Below, piece after piece: positions 9,097-20,408 of a stretch of DNA of 64,000 nucleotides. Each line of letters begins with the position of its first letter. Position 1 is the stretch's first letter. The DNA is taken from the NCBI GenBank assembly GCA_013239625.1, contig MU054466.1, positions 5,047,770-5,111,769 of the forward strand. The letters are read 5' to 3'. The position numbers were made by a program, and so were the translations under genes. This DNA is from Lama guanicoe (taxonomy: Eukaryota). Under the pieces are notes generated by a model, which saw only the letters and a program-made list of their open reading frames with translations, had not been told where the DNA came from and made no database searches.

Positions 9097-9949
9097 GTGC
9101 CTGTTCAAAATCATGTCCCCTCATCCCTGGAGCCTGGAGCCGGGCTGGGGCTGGGGGAGTGGGGCTGAGTCTGGGCCAGGGAGACACTCAGGTCCTGGGA
9201 AGCTGGGACTGGGTGGGATCAGCAAGGAGGTGGGGGCTGAGGGAGACATGGGTGAGGGAGGAGAAGGCTGTGGGAATGATGTTCCCATGTTTTAGAAGAG
9301 AAACTTTCTGGGCTGCTTTGACATTCATGTCTGGACAAGGGCTGGGCAAACTCACCCCTGGTTCTGGGGCAACCCTGGCTCACCTTCTTCCTGTTTCTCT
9401 GGCCTCCCTTGGTCAGGCTCTGGATCCAGGGGCAAAGGGCCAGGCTGGGATCTGATGTAGTTGACCGGCAGGGGAGAGCATCCTGGGACAGGTCACTGCC
9501 CAAGGCCTGGGGGCGGCAGGCCCTCGCAGAGCTTGCCGTCCTGTGGGGAGAAAGTTCCAAACACATTGCTGCCGTCACAGCTGGGATAAGCATCCTGAAG
9601 GAAGATCACAGGATGCCATGCCACAAGGGAGTCTAACGGGACCCCCTGTGGGTCGGTGGTTGATCAGAGAAAGGATCTTAAGAAATATATCGAAGCTGAG
9701 ACCTGGAAGGTGAGGGAGGGTTGACAAGGTATGTGTGTGTACAGAGTTGGGGTGAGGGTTCCAGGTAGAGGGGGCAGGTGGTGTGAATGACCAGAGGTGG
9801 GAAGTAGCTTGGAGTTTCTGAGGGACAGAGAGAAGCCTGAAGAAGGTGGTGGGGTCCCACCCACATAGGAAAATATTTGGGTTTTACCCTAAGTAACTGG
9901 GGAGCTGAGGAAGGTGTTGAGGGGAGAGACTGATCTGATTTGCATTTCT

Positions 9950-10450
9950 TTTATGATTTTTTTGTTGTAGGGAATTTTGAGCAGACACAAAAGTAGACAA
10001 TTATAATCCCATGTACCCCTATTCACCCCAGGCTGAGCATGCCTCATCCTTACCCCCACCCACTTCCCCCTTGTCTGTATTATTTTGAAGCAAAGCCCAG
10101 ACATATTTATATCATCCATAAATACTTCAGTTCACATCTCTAGATGATAGGGCTTTAAAAATAATAAAACCACCATACATCATCACGTCTAAAAAAATAA
10201 TAAAAATTCCTTAATCTCATAAAATACCCAGGCAGTGCTCAAATTTTCCCCATTGTCTCATAAATGTCATAAATGTTTATTTTTAAGTCTGTTGGCTTGA
10301 ATCAGGAACCAAATTAGGTTCCCACATGGCGATTGGTTGACAGGACTTTTGAGTCTCAGTCTCTAGACTCCTTCTCCATCTCTTTTTTCCCCTTGCTGTT
10401 TGTTTGTTGAAGGAACTGGGTTACTTGTCCTATAGGGTTTTCTTGGAGTT
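9950..10450 (-). mobile_element. Old L1 (L1MC-like) 3' fragment
   Basis: AT-rich block with cacaaaagtaga..., tattttgaagcaaagcccagacat, aatacttcag and ttgttgaaggaactgggtta motifs typical of L1MC 3' ends. Confidence 0.6.
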
Positions 10451-10687
10451 GCTTTTAAAAAAAGATTGGGACCGTCAGAGTGTGGTGAAATCTTGGAGGG
10501 CCCGCAGTGGCAGCAGGGAACCCACAGTTAGGAGAGGATTGTGCTAGCTCAGGCTCCAACTGGCAGCGAGTGCCCTGGGCATTTGTGGTGGCAGAGGCAG
10601 TGGAGATGCTGAACTTTCTCATTTCCAGGGCTCCCCGGAGGATGGTGATTTCCCAGTTACCTTGGGGCCTGACATTAGCTCTCAGCA

Positions 10688-11008
10688 CAGTGGTTCTCCA
10701 TCCTCAATAGTGCTTTAGAAAAATGCAGACGCCCAGAGTTCCATCTCAGAGATTTCCATTCAGTAGGTCTGGGCTAGCGGGGTCAAGAGCCACGTGAAGA
10801 GCTTGTTGAAATACAGATTCCTGGGCGACATACTCAGAGATCCTCAGCCAGTAGGTGTGCAATGCGCCCGAGAATTTGCATTTCCTCAAGCTCCCAGGTG
10901 ACGCTGCTACTGCTGGTTTTCGGTCCAGCATTGGTAGGTGGGGGTCGAGCACGCATATTTTAAAAAGCTCTCCAGGTGATTCTAATGGGCGGCAGGGGCT
11001 GGGAACCA
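10688..11008. mobile_element. MER5 (hAT-Charlie) composite, probably MER5A within MER5B
   Basis: Termini cagtggttctc and gggaaccac; two copies of the internal motifs cagtaggt and (ag)ctc(t)ccaggtga. Confidence 0.65.
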
Positions 11009-11174
11009 CGTCCATGGCAGAAGGGAGAGAGGGTGTGGCGAGATAGGGGTTCCCGGGACGCCTAGCATCTTCCGACTCAAAGGAGTGCGGGGGTTGACTT
11101 GGGAGCAGAAGTTGGGGCGGGGCGGAGCCCGGCTCGCCCCGCCCCGCTGATGCCCCGCCCCCCCCCGCCCCCAG

Positions 11175-11773
11175 GAGCCGGGCTCCGCCTTCCTGCAGCT
11201 GGGCGTGTCCCTGGAGCAGCAGCTGCAGGTGCTGTTCAAGGTGCTGGAGGAGTACGACTGGAGCGCGTTCGCCGTGATCACCAGCCTGCACCCGGGCCAC
11301 GCGCTCTTCCTCGAGGGCGTGCGCGCCGTCGCCGACGCCAGCTACCTGGGCTGGCGGCTGCTGGACGTGCTCACGCTGGAGCTGGGCCCCGGCGGGACGC
11401 GCGCGCGCACCCAGCGCCTGCTGCGCCAGCTCGACGCCCCCGTGCTGGTGGCCTACTGCTCCCGCGAGGAGGCGGAGGTGCTCTTCGCCGAGGCGGCGCA
11501 GGCCGGCCTGGTGGGACCCGGGCACGTGTGGCTAGTGCCCAACCTGGCGCTGGGTAGCACCGACACGCCGCCTGCCGCCTTCCCCGTGGGCCTCATCAGC
11601 GTCGTCACTGAGAGCTGGCGCCTCAGCCTGCGCCAGAAGGTCCGCGACGGCGTGGCCATCCTGGCCCTGGGCGCCCATGGCTACCGGCGCCAGTATGGCG
11701 CCCTGCCCACCCCGGCTGGGGACTGCCGCGGCCACCCCGGGCGCATCAGCCCTGCCCGGGAGGCCTTCTACAG
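11175..11773 (+). CDS. GRIN2C: GRIN2C coding exon 2 (ATD)
   Basis: cag|GAGCCG...TACAG|gt; [32 protein letters not shown]...REAFYR; CpG-rich. Confidence 0.97.
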
Positions 11774-11849
11774 GTGTGCACCTGCCCAGGGCATAGGAGT
11801 GAGGGGGGCGCTTCAGGTAACTTGGTGGCAGTGAGCTTGGGCTCGCTGG

Positions 11850-11990
11850 CCACACCTCCCAACTAGCTGTGTGTCTGGGGCCAAGTTACCTCCCCTCTCT
11901 GGGCCCTAGTTTCTTCAACTGAGAAAAGAGCCTGGTAGGCTCTGGTGGTGAGGATCTCAGAGGTCAATACAGGGAAACACAGGACAATAA
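11850..11990 (+). mobile_element. MIR
   Basis: actagctgtgtgtctggggccaagttacctcccctctctgggccctagtttcttcaactgagaaa. Confidence 0.6.
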
Positions 11991-12101
11991 GTACACAAAA
12001 GCTACCTGTTGTTGGTGGTGATGAGGCAGAAGGTGGGGGAGGGGCGTCTGGGCAGGGCTGCAGGCATGGCTAAGGGGACACTGGCTTCTCCTCCCTCACA
12101 G

Positions 12102-12216
12102 GCATCTACTGAATGTCACNNNNNNNNNNNNNNNNNNNNNNNNNNNNNNNNNNNNNNNNNNNNNNNNNNNNNNNNNNNNNNNNNNNNNNNNNNNNNNNNN
12201 NNNNNNNNNNNNNNNN
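12102..12216 (+). CDS. GRIN2C: GRIN2C coding exon 3 (only first 18 nt visible; end inferred inside N gap)
   Basis: cag|GCATCTACTGAATGTCAC = (R)HLLNVT, then Ns; end coordinate assumes the recalled orthologous 115-nt length. Confidence 0.75.
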
Positions 12217-12251
12217 NNNNNNNNNNNNNNNNNNNNNNNNNNNNNNNNNNN
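12120..12251. other. Assembly gap (132 N)
   Basis: Run of n. Confidence 0.99.
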
Positions 12252-12732
12252 CTCTCCTTTTGTCCCCACCTATTGTCCCACAGCCGAGAGTCCCTACTGT
12301 CCCTCATCCAGCCCCTCATCCTTCAGGTCTCAGCTGAAACATCTCCACTGAGAAGCCTTCCAGGCCCCCCAGAGTGGGTGAGGCATCTCTGCTCGGGGAT
12401 CCCACAACACCCCGGCCTCCCTACGCTGTAGAATTTACCAAGCACTCTTGTTACATTGTCCTGCCCCAGGAGGGGTAACCCACAGCTGTGCTGGCTAGAT
12501 GGCCATGTTAACTAGTAGAATTTGGGGAGATCAGTGCTTGAGAAGAAATGTTTGCAAAGCATTATGGGAGTAGAAAAGAAGGGCAGAAATTCATTCTGCC
12601 TTTAAAGGAGGAAACTGGGGAAGGCGTCACAGAAGTTGGGACATTTGGGCTGGGCTATGGAGGGTTGAGTAGGAGTCCACCAGGAAGGGATACTAGACTG
12701 GTATTGACAGAAGGGAAGGAGGGCTTGGGATA

Positions 12733-12889
12733 TTTTTTGTTTGGTTGGTTTGGGGGTTGTTGGGGAGGGGAGGTAATTAGGTTTATTTATTTATTTACTA
12801 ATTTTTTTTTCAATGGAGGTACTGGGGATTGAACCCAGGACCCCGCTCATGCTAAGCACGCACTCTGCCACTGGGCTCTACCCTCCCCC
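12733..12889 (-). mobile_element. Vic-1-type camelid tRNA-derived SINE
   Basis: Minus strand reads GGGGAGGGTAGAGCCCAGTGGCAGAGTGCGTGCTTAGCATG..GGTCCTGGGTTCAATCCCCAGTACCTCCATT, then A-rich/(TAAA)n, CCTAATTACCTCCC and an A-rich tail; A and B boxes visible. Confidence 0.8.
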
Positions 12890-13331
12890 GTGGAGCATTT
12901 TTTAAGCAATGTGTTTGGAGGTGTGGAGACTGGGAAAGGAGGGTGGGGTGATGGAGAGAAGCTGGACCTGAGTGTGAAGAGCCTTGAGTGCCGGGCTGAG
13001 GACTTGATATGAAAGTTGGGGGAATGAGTGTGGTGAGACAGGCTCAGGTCTGGCTTTAGCAGGATGCTGGGCCAGCAGCAGTGTGGAGGCTGGATTGGAA
13101 AGCACAGGGACCAGAGGCCAGGGGAGGCTGCAGAGAGCTTCCCTTCTGGCCTTGCCCTGACTCTCCTGTTCTCCAAATGCTCCAGCCCCAGGTCCTGCTC
13201 CGACTGTTCCCAGCAACCCCAAGTGAGGGAGGGGGATTCTTGTCCCTGCCAGGCCCCGCCTAGAAGCCTCACCTACAGGGTGGGGGTAGTAAGGCGGAAG
13301 GCCCCAGGCTGAGGCTGGTCACCCTCTGCAG

Positions 13332-13543
13332 GTGGGGCGCTGGGACCACGGCATCCTCCACATGAAGTACCCAGTGTGGCCTCGCTACGGTGCCTCCCTG
13401 CAGCCCGTGGTGGACAGCCGGCATCTGACAGTGGCCACGCTGGAAGAGCGACCCTTTGTCATCGTGGAGAGCCCTGACCCTGGCACAGGTGGCTGCGTGC
13501 CCAACACCGTGCCCTGCCGCCGGCAGAGCAACCACACCTTCAG
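13332..13543 (+). CDS. GRIN2C: GRIN2C coding exon 4 (start of S1)
   Basis: [19 protein letters not shown]...[16 protein letters not shown]...[16 protein letters not shown]; AG/GT flanks. Confidence 0.97.
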
Positions 13544-13699
13544 GTCCGTGAGAACACAAAGGAGGCCTGGTGTGAGCCGTGTGCTGCCCTGTGATGGCAG
13601 GCGTTGAGTGTGTCTTATGCTTGGTCCTGGGGGTGGGGGTCCAGCTGCCAGGCTGGGAGGAGTGGCCAGCTCTGATTTCTGGTGGTCTCTTGGCGGCAG

Positions 13700-13865
13700 C
13701 AGTGGTGACGCGGCCCCCTACACCAAGCTTTGCTGTAAGGGCTTCTGCATCGACATCCTCAAGAAGCTGGCCAAAGCGGTCAAGTTCTCCTATGACCTGT
13801 ACCTGGTGACCAATGGCAAACATGGCAAGAGGGTGCGCGGCGTGTGGAACGGCATGATTGGGGAG
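13700..13865 (+). CDS. GRIN2C: GRIN2C coding exon 5 (S1)
   Basis: [56 protein letters not shown]|gt. Confidence 0.97.
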
Positions 13866-14134
13866 GTAGGCCCGCCCCCAGTCCCCTCGAGCCCACCTGC
13901 CTGCCCCTCTCCAGGCCGCCCAGGGCCCCACACATCCGTCAGCCACTCCCAGCTGTTCCTTAGGTCTTTCCTCCTGGGCTGGGGATCAGTCAGGGTAGGA
14001 CCCAGGCCCAGCTCCTCAGGGTCCCCCAGGGGGCAGGGGGTCTGGGCTGTCACCAATGATGACCCCTGGGGTGGTCAGAATGGAAAGTGGAGATCTGCTT
14101 GACCCCAGGTGGGAACAGCTGACTCAGCTGGTAG

Positions 14135-14536
<402 letters not shown>

Positions 14537-15478
14537 TAGGTGAATAGAATGGACTGTTCTGTCCTGAGCCTGGGTGTTGGGTCAGGGTTGCGGAGGCGGG
14601 GAATGGGATAAAAGGGACAGAAAAACCAGGAAGGCAGGCTGGCTTCAGGAGGTGCCTAGTGGCCGGGACATTGGAACAAAGGGAGAAGATCCAAGAAGCG
14701 GTGGAGGGGCCAAACCAGAGCCTGGGAAACTGGGCTAGTTTCTGACTTGATTAGGAATTCAGCATTTCTTGGGCAGCTTCCTTGTGCCAGGCCCTGTGCT
14801 GGGTGCTGGGATCCAGCCATAGTCCTGGCCTTCCCAGGGTGCCCCGTCAGGAGGTCAGGTGGGACTTGCAGTGTGGGGCCCCAGTTTCTGTGTCAGTAGG
14901 ATGAGGAGTAAGACTTGACTTCAGAGCTGATTCCAGGCAGAATGAGCAGCTCATCGACACTGGGTCAGGCAGGAGAGTTCCAGGACAGGAGTGTGTTCAG
15001 TCGTGCTGGTGACAAGGGAGGAGAGGAGAACAGAGAAAATCCCTTGAGCTTGCTGACGTGACTTTGGGGGATCAGGCTCATGGGGAGGGGGATAGAAGGG
15101 CTTGCAGGCAGGGGGATAGGAGAGGAAAGGGAGGGAGCATGGGGTGCAGATCCTCTTTTGTGAAAGGAAGCTGTGGGAAGAGAGAAAATGAGAGCAGTGA
15201 AGACTAGAGTCAGAGGGAGGTTTCCTAGGGTGGGTGGTGAGATCCTGTTCCAGGGTGGAAGGGAGAGGGGAGCCTGAGGATGCTGGGGAGCTTGAACTCC
15301 CTGGGGTGGAGTCTCCCCTGGGGCTCCGCTGCTCTGAGAGTCAGCGACCACTCGGCTCAGTCCGTGGGGTCGATGGCCCGGCTTTGACCACATGGACTCA
15401 CCTGTCTGCACTCAGCACTCCGGGTTGCAGGTGGGAGGGGCCGCGCTGAGGCCTCTGAGACCCCTCCTTTGTTCCCAG

Positions 15479-15604
15479 AGCCCTACAGCCCCTCGGTGTG
15501 GGTGATGATGTTTGTCATGTGCCTCACCGTGGTGGCCATCACTGTCTTCATGTTTGAGTACTTCAGCCCTGTCAGCTACAACCAGAACCTCACCAGTGGC
15601 AAGA
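15479..15604 (+). CDS. GRIN2C: GRIN2C coding exon 7 (M1)
   Basis: [42 protein letters not shown]|gtaag. Confidence 0.97.
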
Positions 15605-15848
15605 GTAAGCTCCCCCTGGGTCTGGGTCTAGGGGGAGGGAGGAGGGCTGGCCTTCAGGCTACATGCTGGAGGCCAATCAGAGAGAGAGAGAGAGAGAAAC
15701 AGGGTGACTTGTCCTGGGGTGGGGATGGCTAAGGATGGGGTCCCCACCCAGGACAGAGTGGAGACAGGAGCCACGGAAGCGGGTGGGCTGAGACCTGAGC
15801 CCCTCTGTGCTGGGCAAGAGGAGCCTCAGTGTCCACACTCTCCCCCAG

Positions 15849-16078
15849 AATCTGGGGGCCCGTCTTTCACCATCGGCAAGTCTGTGTGGCTGCTGTGGGC
15901 ACTGGTCTTCAACAACTCGGTGCCCATCGAGAACCCCCGGGGCACCACCAGCAAGATCATGGTCTTGGTCTGGGCCTTCTTTGCCGTCATCTTCCTTGCT
16001 AGCTACACCGCCAACCTGGCTGCCTTCATGATCCAGGAGCAGTACATCGACACTGTGTCTGGCCTCAGTGATAAGAAG
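15849..16078 (+). CDS. GRIN2C: GRIN2C coding exon 8 (M2 pore loop, M3)
   Basis: [12 protein letters not shown] (NN site); KIMVLVW has Leu at the GluN2 S/L site (2C/2D type); SYTANLAAF gating motif. Confidence 0.98.
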
Positions 16079-16442
16079 GTTCTGGAGCCATGGCTGTTGG
16101 AGGCTGGGGGGATGCTGCAGGCAGGGGCAGGCCTTGGGTGGGACAGGAGAGAGTTGGAATCAGTGGAATTGGAACTGGAGGTGGGAGCAGAAAGAGGCTG
16201 AGGAGCCTGGTGAGGAGGGGGCTGGGCACAGAGGGGTGGAGAGATGGCTCAGGTTCGCTGACTAAGTGGCCTTGAGTAGGTCTCTCCCTGTCCCCACCTC
16301 CGTTTCCCCATTTGTAAAACGCAGATGGTCTCTAAGGCCATTCTGCTCTCTGTGAGTCCAGACCGCTGGGTGGGGGCTGGGGGTGTTGGTGCCTGGAAGG
16401 TTGGAGGAAGGCTTATGAATGGCGGCTGTCCTCTGCCCGCAG

Positions 16443-16603
16443 TTTCAGCGGCCTCATGATCAGTACCCACCTTTCCGCTTCGGAACGGTGCCCAACGGCA
16501 GCACGGAGCGGAACATCCGCAGCAACTACCGGGACATGCACACCCACATGGTCAAGTTCAACCAGCGCTCAGTGGAGGATGCGCTTACCAGCCTCAAGAT
16601 GGG
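16443..16603 (+). CDS. GRIN2C: GRIN2C coding exon 9 (S2)
   Basis: [54 protein letters not shown]. Confidence 0.97.
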
Positions 16604-16833
16604 GTGGGTCCGCAGTCCTGCACCCACCCTCTGACTGTCTACCCACATGTCTCCCCGAGAGACCCAAGGTGGGGACAGTGAGACTGGGTTGCCCTGTAGG
16701 ACTCCCGGGGAGGAGGTCTTGGGGCAGAGTGAAGCCTGAAGCAAAAACAGACCCCCACCAGGGCTCAGAGATGCAGCTGTGATATTGACCAGGGGTCAGC
16801 CTTGCCCTGAGGTGTTGGCTGTGACCTTCTTAG

Positions 16834-17400
<567 letters not shown>

Positions 17401-18223
17401 TGAGTGCCCAGGGCCAGTGGGCAGGGAGAGGTCTCTGGAGGTGCAGTGGCTGGTAGCGGGTATTAGAAGTAGCTGGATGGAGACCTGGTGAAGGGATAGG
17501 TTTGCTGGGAGGGAGTAAGAAATAGAGTTGGGGAGCCCCTGCAGGACAGGAAGACAGGAAGGAGCTCAGGCCACACAGGGGGGGTTGGGGGCTTCTGAAC
17601 ACCTTTATTTTTCCCCATGACCCCTTTCCTCCATTTCTATCTTGAGATGACCTGGGGTAGTACCAAGGGCCAGCTTCGTCCCAGAGCTGGGACCCAGGCA
17701 TACCTTGGTAGCAGGGGCTCAAATGTGTGAGTGGTCCAGCTGGGCCTGCCCCAAGACCCACAGAGAGCATTGACCATGGAGTCACATCCCCACTAGATAA
17801 CTGGTTTCCCGTCAGTGCCATAGAACAATGCAAGTGATAATAGTGAAGCTCCTTGCATTCCTCGGGGGCCTAGACCTTTTATCTCTGTGTGCCCAGCTCC
17901 ATGCTAGGCATGTAGGTGATCAATACATGTTTGACGAATGAGGGAATCATAAAATTTACCCAGTCAACAAACTTTTACTGGGCATGTGGCATGTAGGCAT
18001 GTGGGAAGTGGGTGTGTCAAAGGCTGGCATTGCCCCCTCCCAGCTCCCACTCTGCTCTTCTTCCTTCCTGCTCATTGACCACCCTTCCATCTCCTGGCAT
18101 CGGGCTGGATCCCTGTGTGGTCCTACCAGGAAGTGGTACCCTGGCCCCAGACCTCTCCTCACTCCAGGCTTGAGTGAGTACTGGGAGGGTCCTTTCTAAG
18201 CCGGGTGTGCCCCATCCCCCCAG

Positions 18224-18456
18224 GGGAGACTCAGAAGCTGGAGACGGTGTGGCTCTCTGGGATCTGCCAGAATGAGAAGAATGAGGTCATGAGCAGTAAG
18301 CTGGACATCGACAACATGGCCGGTGTCTTCTACATGCTGCTTGTGGCCATGGGGCTGGCCCTGCTGGTCTTCGCCTGGGAGCACCTGGTCTACTGGAAGC
18401 TGCGCCACTCAGTGCCCAACACATCCCGGCTGGACTTCCTGCTGGCTTTCAGCAGG
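18224..18456 (+). CDS. GRIN2C: GRIN2C coding exon 11 (M4)
   Basis: [61 protein letters not shown]...AFSR|gt. Confidence 0.97.
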
Positions 18457-18634
18457 GTGGGTACCCACCTTACCCTAGACAGGCTCTGGCTCCAGGGGCA
18501 CAAACCCAGCTAGCTAAGTCAGAGGTGGCCATGGCCCCAATTACGAATGTAAAAACTGAGGTCCGGAGAGGTGACATGGACTGTCAGCATCACACAGCAG
18601 ATGAGAAGCAGAGCCCTTCTCCAACAGGCTGGAC

Positions 18635-18800
18635 AGGACTTTGGAGCCAGGCTGACCAGGGTTCAAATCCTCACTGCCATTTACAGGCTGAATGACTTTA
18701 GGAGAAGGAGTTAACCTCCTGGAACCTCAGAGAACTCCTCTGTAAACTCTCCCAGCAGCACAGTTCCTGGCACATAGTAGGCACTTAACAAATGTTAGTT
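18635..18800 (+). mobile_element. MIR (a short inverted MIR piece lies at ~18535-18605)
   Basis: ggactttggagccagg..gggttcaaatcc..tgactttagg..ttaacctc..cctcag..cctggcacatagtaggcactt. Confidence 0.75.
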
Positions 18801-18910
18801 GCTTCCTGGAACTTAGAGATGCCTGGGCTAATGCTTCCCAACGGGGCGGGGCGGTGGGCGGTCGCGGAGGGGAGGGCGCTGCTCACACACGTCTCCTCCC
18901 CGCTGCCCAG

Positions 18911-20011
18911 GGCATCTACAGCTGCTTCAGCGGGGTGCAGGGCCTGGCCAGCCCCGCGCGGCAGCCCAGCCCAGACCTCACGGCCGGCTCGGCCCAGGCC
19001 AGCGTGCTCAAGATGCTGCAGGCGGCGCGAGACATGGTGACCACGGCAGGCGTGAGCAGCTCCCTGGACCGCGCCACGCGCACCATCGAGAGCTGGGGGG
19101 GCGGCCGCCGTGCGCCCCCGCCACCCGCCTGCCCCAATCCGCGGCCGCCCACCCCCAGACCACCCCCCGAGCCGAGCCCCAGGGGCTGGGGGCCGCCAGG
19201 CTGGGGCCGCGCCGCGCTGGGGCGCAGGGCCTCGCAGCCCCCGGGCCGTCCCCCGACGCCCGGGCCCTCCCTGCCCGACGTCTCACGGGTGTCGGGCCAG
19301 CCGGCCTGCGAGGCACCTCGGCAGGTGCGGGCGGGGCGCTTCGGGCGGCACCTCTGGGCTTCCGAGCGGCGCGCGCTCCCAGAGCGACCCCTGTCGCCCG
19401 AGCGCTGCCACTACAGCTCCTTCCCTCGAGCAGACCGGTCGAGGCGTCCCTTCCTCCCGTTCTTCCCAGAGCCCCCAGAGCCCGAGGAACTGCCGCTGCT
19501 CGGGCCGGAGCAGCTGGCCCGGCGGGAGGCCCTCCTGTGCACGGCCTGGGCCCGGGGGTCGCGCCCACGCCACGCTTCTCTTCCCAGCTCGGTGGCCGCG
19601 GTCTTTGTTCGGCCCAGCTCAGGGCCCGCCGGGTGTGCCCGACCCACCTGCGGGCGGTTGGCGCAGGCGCAGTGGATGAGGCTGCCGTCCTACCGGGAGG
19701 CCTGCCAGGAGGGGGTGTGGGTAGGGGGCCCCGCCTGGCCGCACAGACAGCACACCTGCCTCCATGCCCATGCCCACCTGCCGCTTTGCTGGAGGTCTGT
19801 CTGCCCTCACCTCCCACCCTGTGCCAAACACGGCCCCTGGCTCTCTGGGGCTTGCGGGCCTCTGGGGCACAGGGGCAGGACCCTGGGGCTGAGCACACGC
19901 TACAGGGACAGTGGGGGGCTGGAAGAGGACAGCAGAGTGGCTTGTGGGATGCACGGCTTCCCCCGACCTTGCACCTGGAGGAGGATCTCCAGCTTGGAGT
20001 CGGAAGTGTGA
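18911..20011 (+). CDS. GRIN2C: GRIN2C terminal coding exon (cytoplasmic tail)
   Basis: GIYSCFSGV...RPRHASLP...[11 protein letters not shown]; ends in the class I PDZ ligand ESEV; full CDS ~1227 aa if the gapped exon is 115 nt. Confidence 0.97.
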   Translation, partial: GIYSCFSGVQGLASPARQPSPDLTAGSAQASVLKMLQAARDMVTTAGVSSSLDRATRTIESWGGGRRAPPPPACPNPRPPTPRPPPEPSPRGWGPPGWGRAALGRRASQPPGRPPTPGPSLPDVSRVSGQPACEAPRQVRAGRFGRHLWASERRALPERPLSPERCHYSSFPRADRSRRPFLPFFPEPPEPEELPLLGPEQLARREALLCTAWARGSRPRHASLPSSVAAVFVRPSSGPAGCARPTCGRLAQAQWMRLPSYREACQEGVWVGGPAWPHRQHTCLHAHAHLPLCWRSVCPHLPPCAKHGPWLSGACGPLGHRGRTLGLSTRYRDSGGLEEDSRVACGMHGFPRPCTWRRISSLESEV

Positions 20012-20402
20012 GGTGTCAGCTACTCTGGTTCCTCCTCAGCTGGATTCTCTGCCTGGCACTGCCAGCATTAGGGGGCAGATGGGCTTGGGCTTTTCTGGCT
20101 TCTGCAGTGAAATCCTGGCAACCCAGGGACAGATGATGTCTTCCACGGTCAGTTCAGCGACCTCAGCAGCCTCAGGTCCTGGTGTGGGCTGGACTTTTGC
20201 TGTCTTCTTATGCAAGGCCCTTCACACCTGGCCTAAAGTCACAGGGAGCAGTGGGGTCTCCCAGCTCTGCTGTGAGCGGGTCCCTGGTCATGGCTCCTGG
20301 GGGCTTGGGCATGGGAGCATGGAGGCTGGAACTTGGGGTTGGGGCAGGGCTCTCCTACTCCTTATTCCACCTGGCTGGAGTTTCTTCTCAGAGTGTTGGG
20401 AC

Positions 20403-20408
20403 ATTAAA
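20403..20408 (+). terminator. GRIN2C: Probable GRIN2C polyA signal ATTAAA
   Basis: First A(A/T)TAAA, ~390 nt after the stop. Confidence 0.6.

Noticed and set aside
10746-11525. Long antisense ORFs over GRIN2C exons (also 8475-9089, 16765-17370, 19008-19898)
   Set aside because: Typical antisense open frames caused by codon bias
17980-18005. Three CATG cores resembling a p53 response element
   Set aside because: Spacing and flanks do not fit two RRRCWWGYYY decamers
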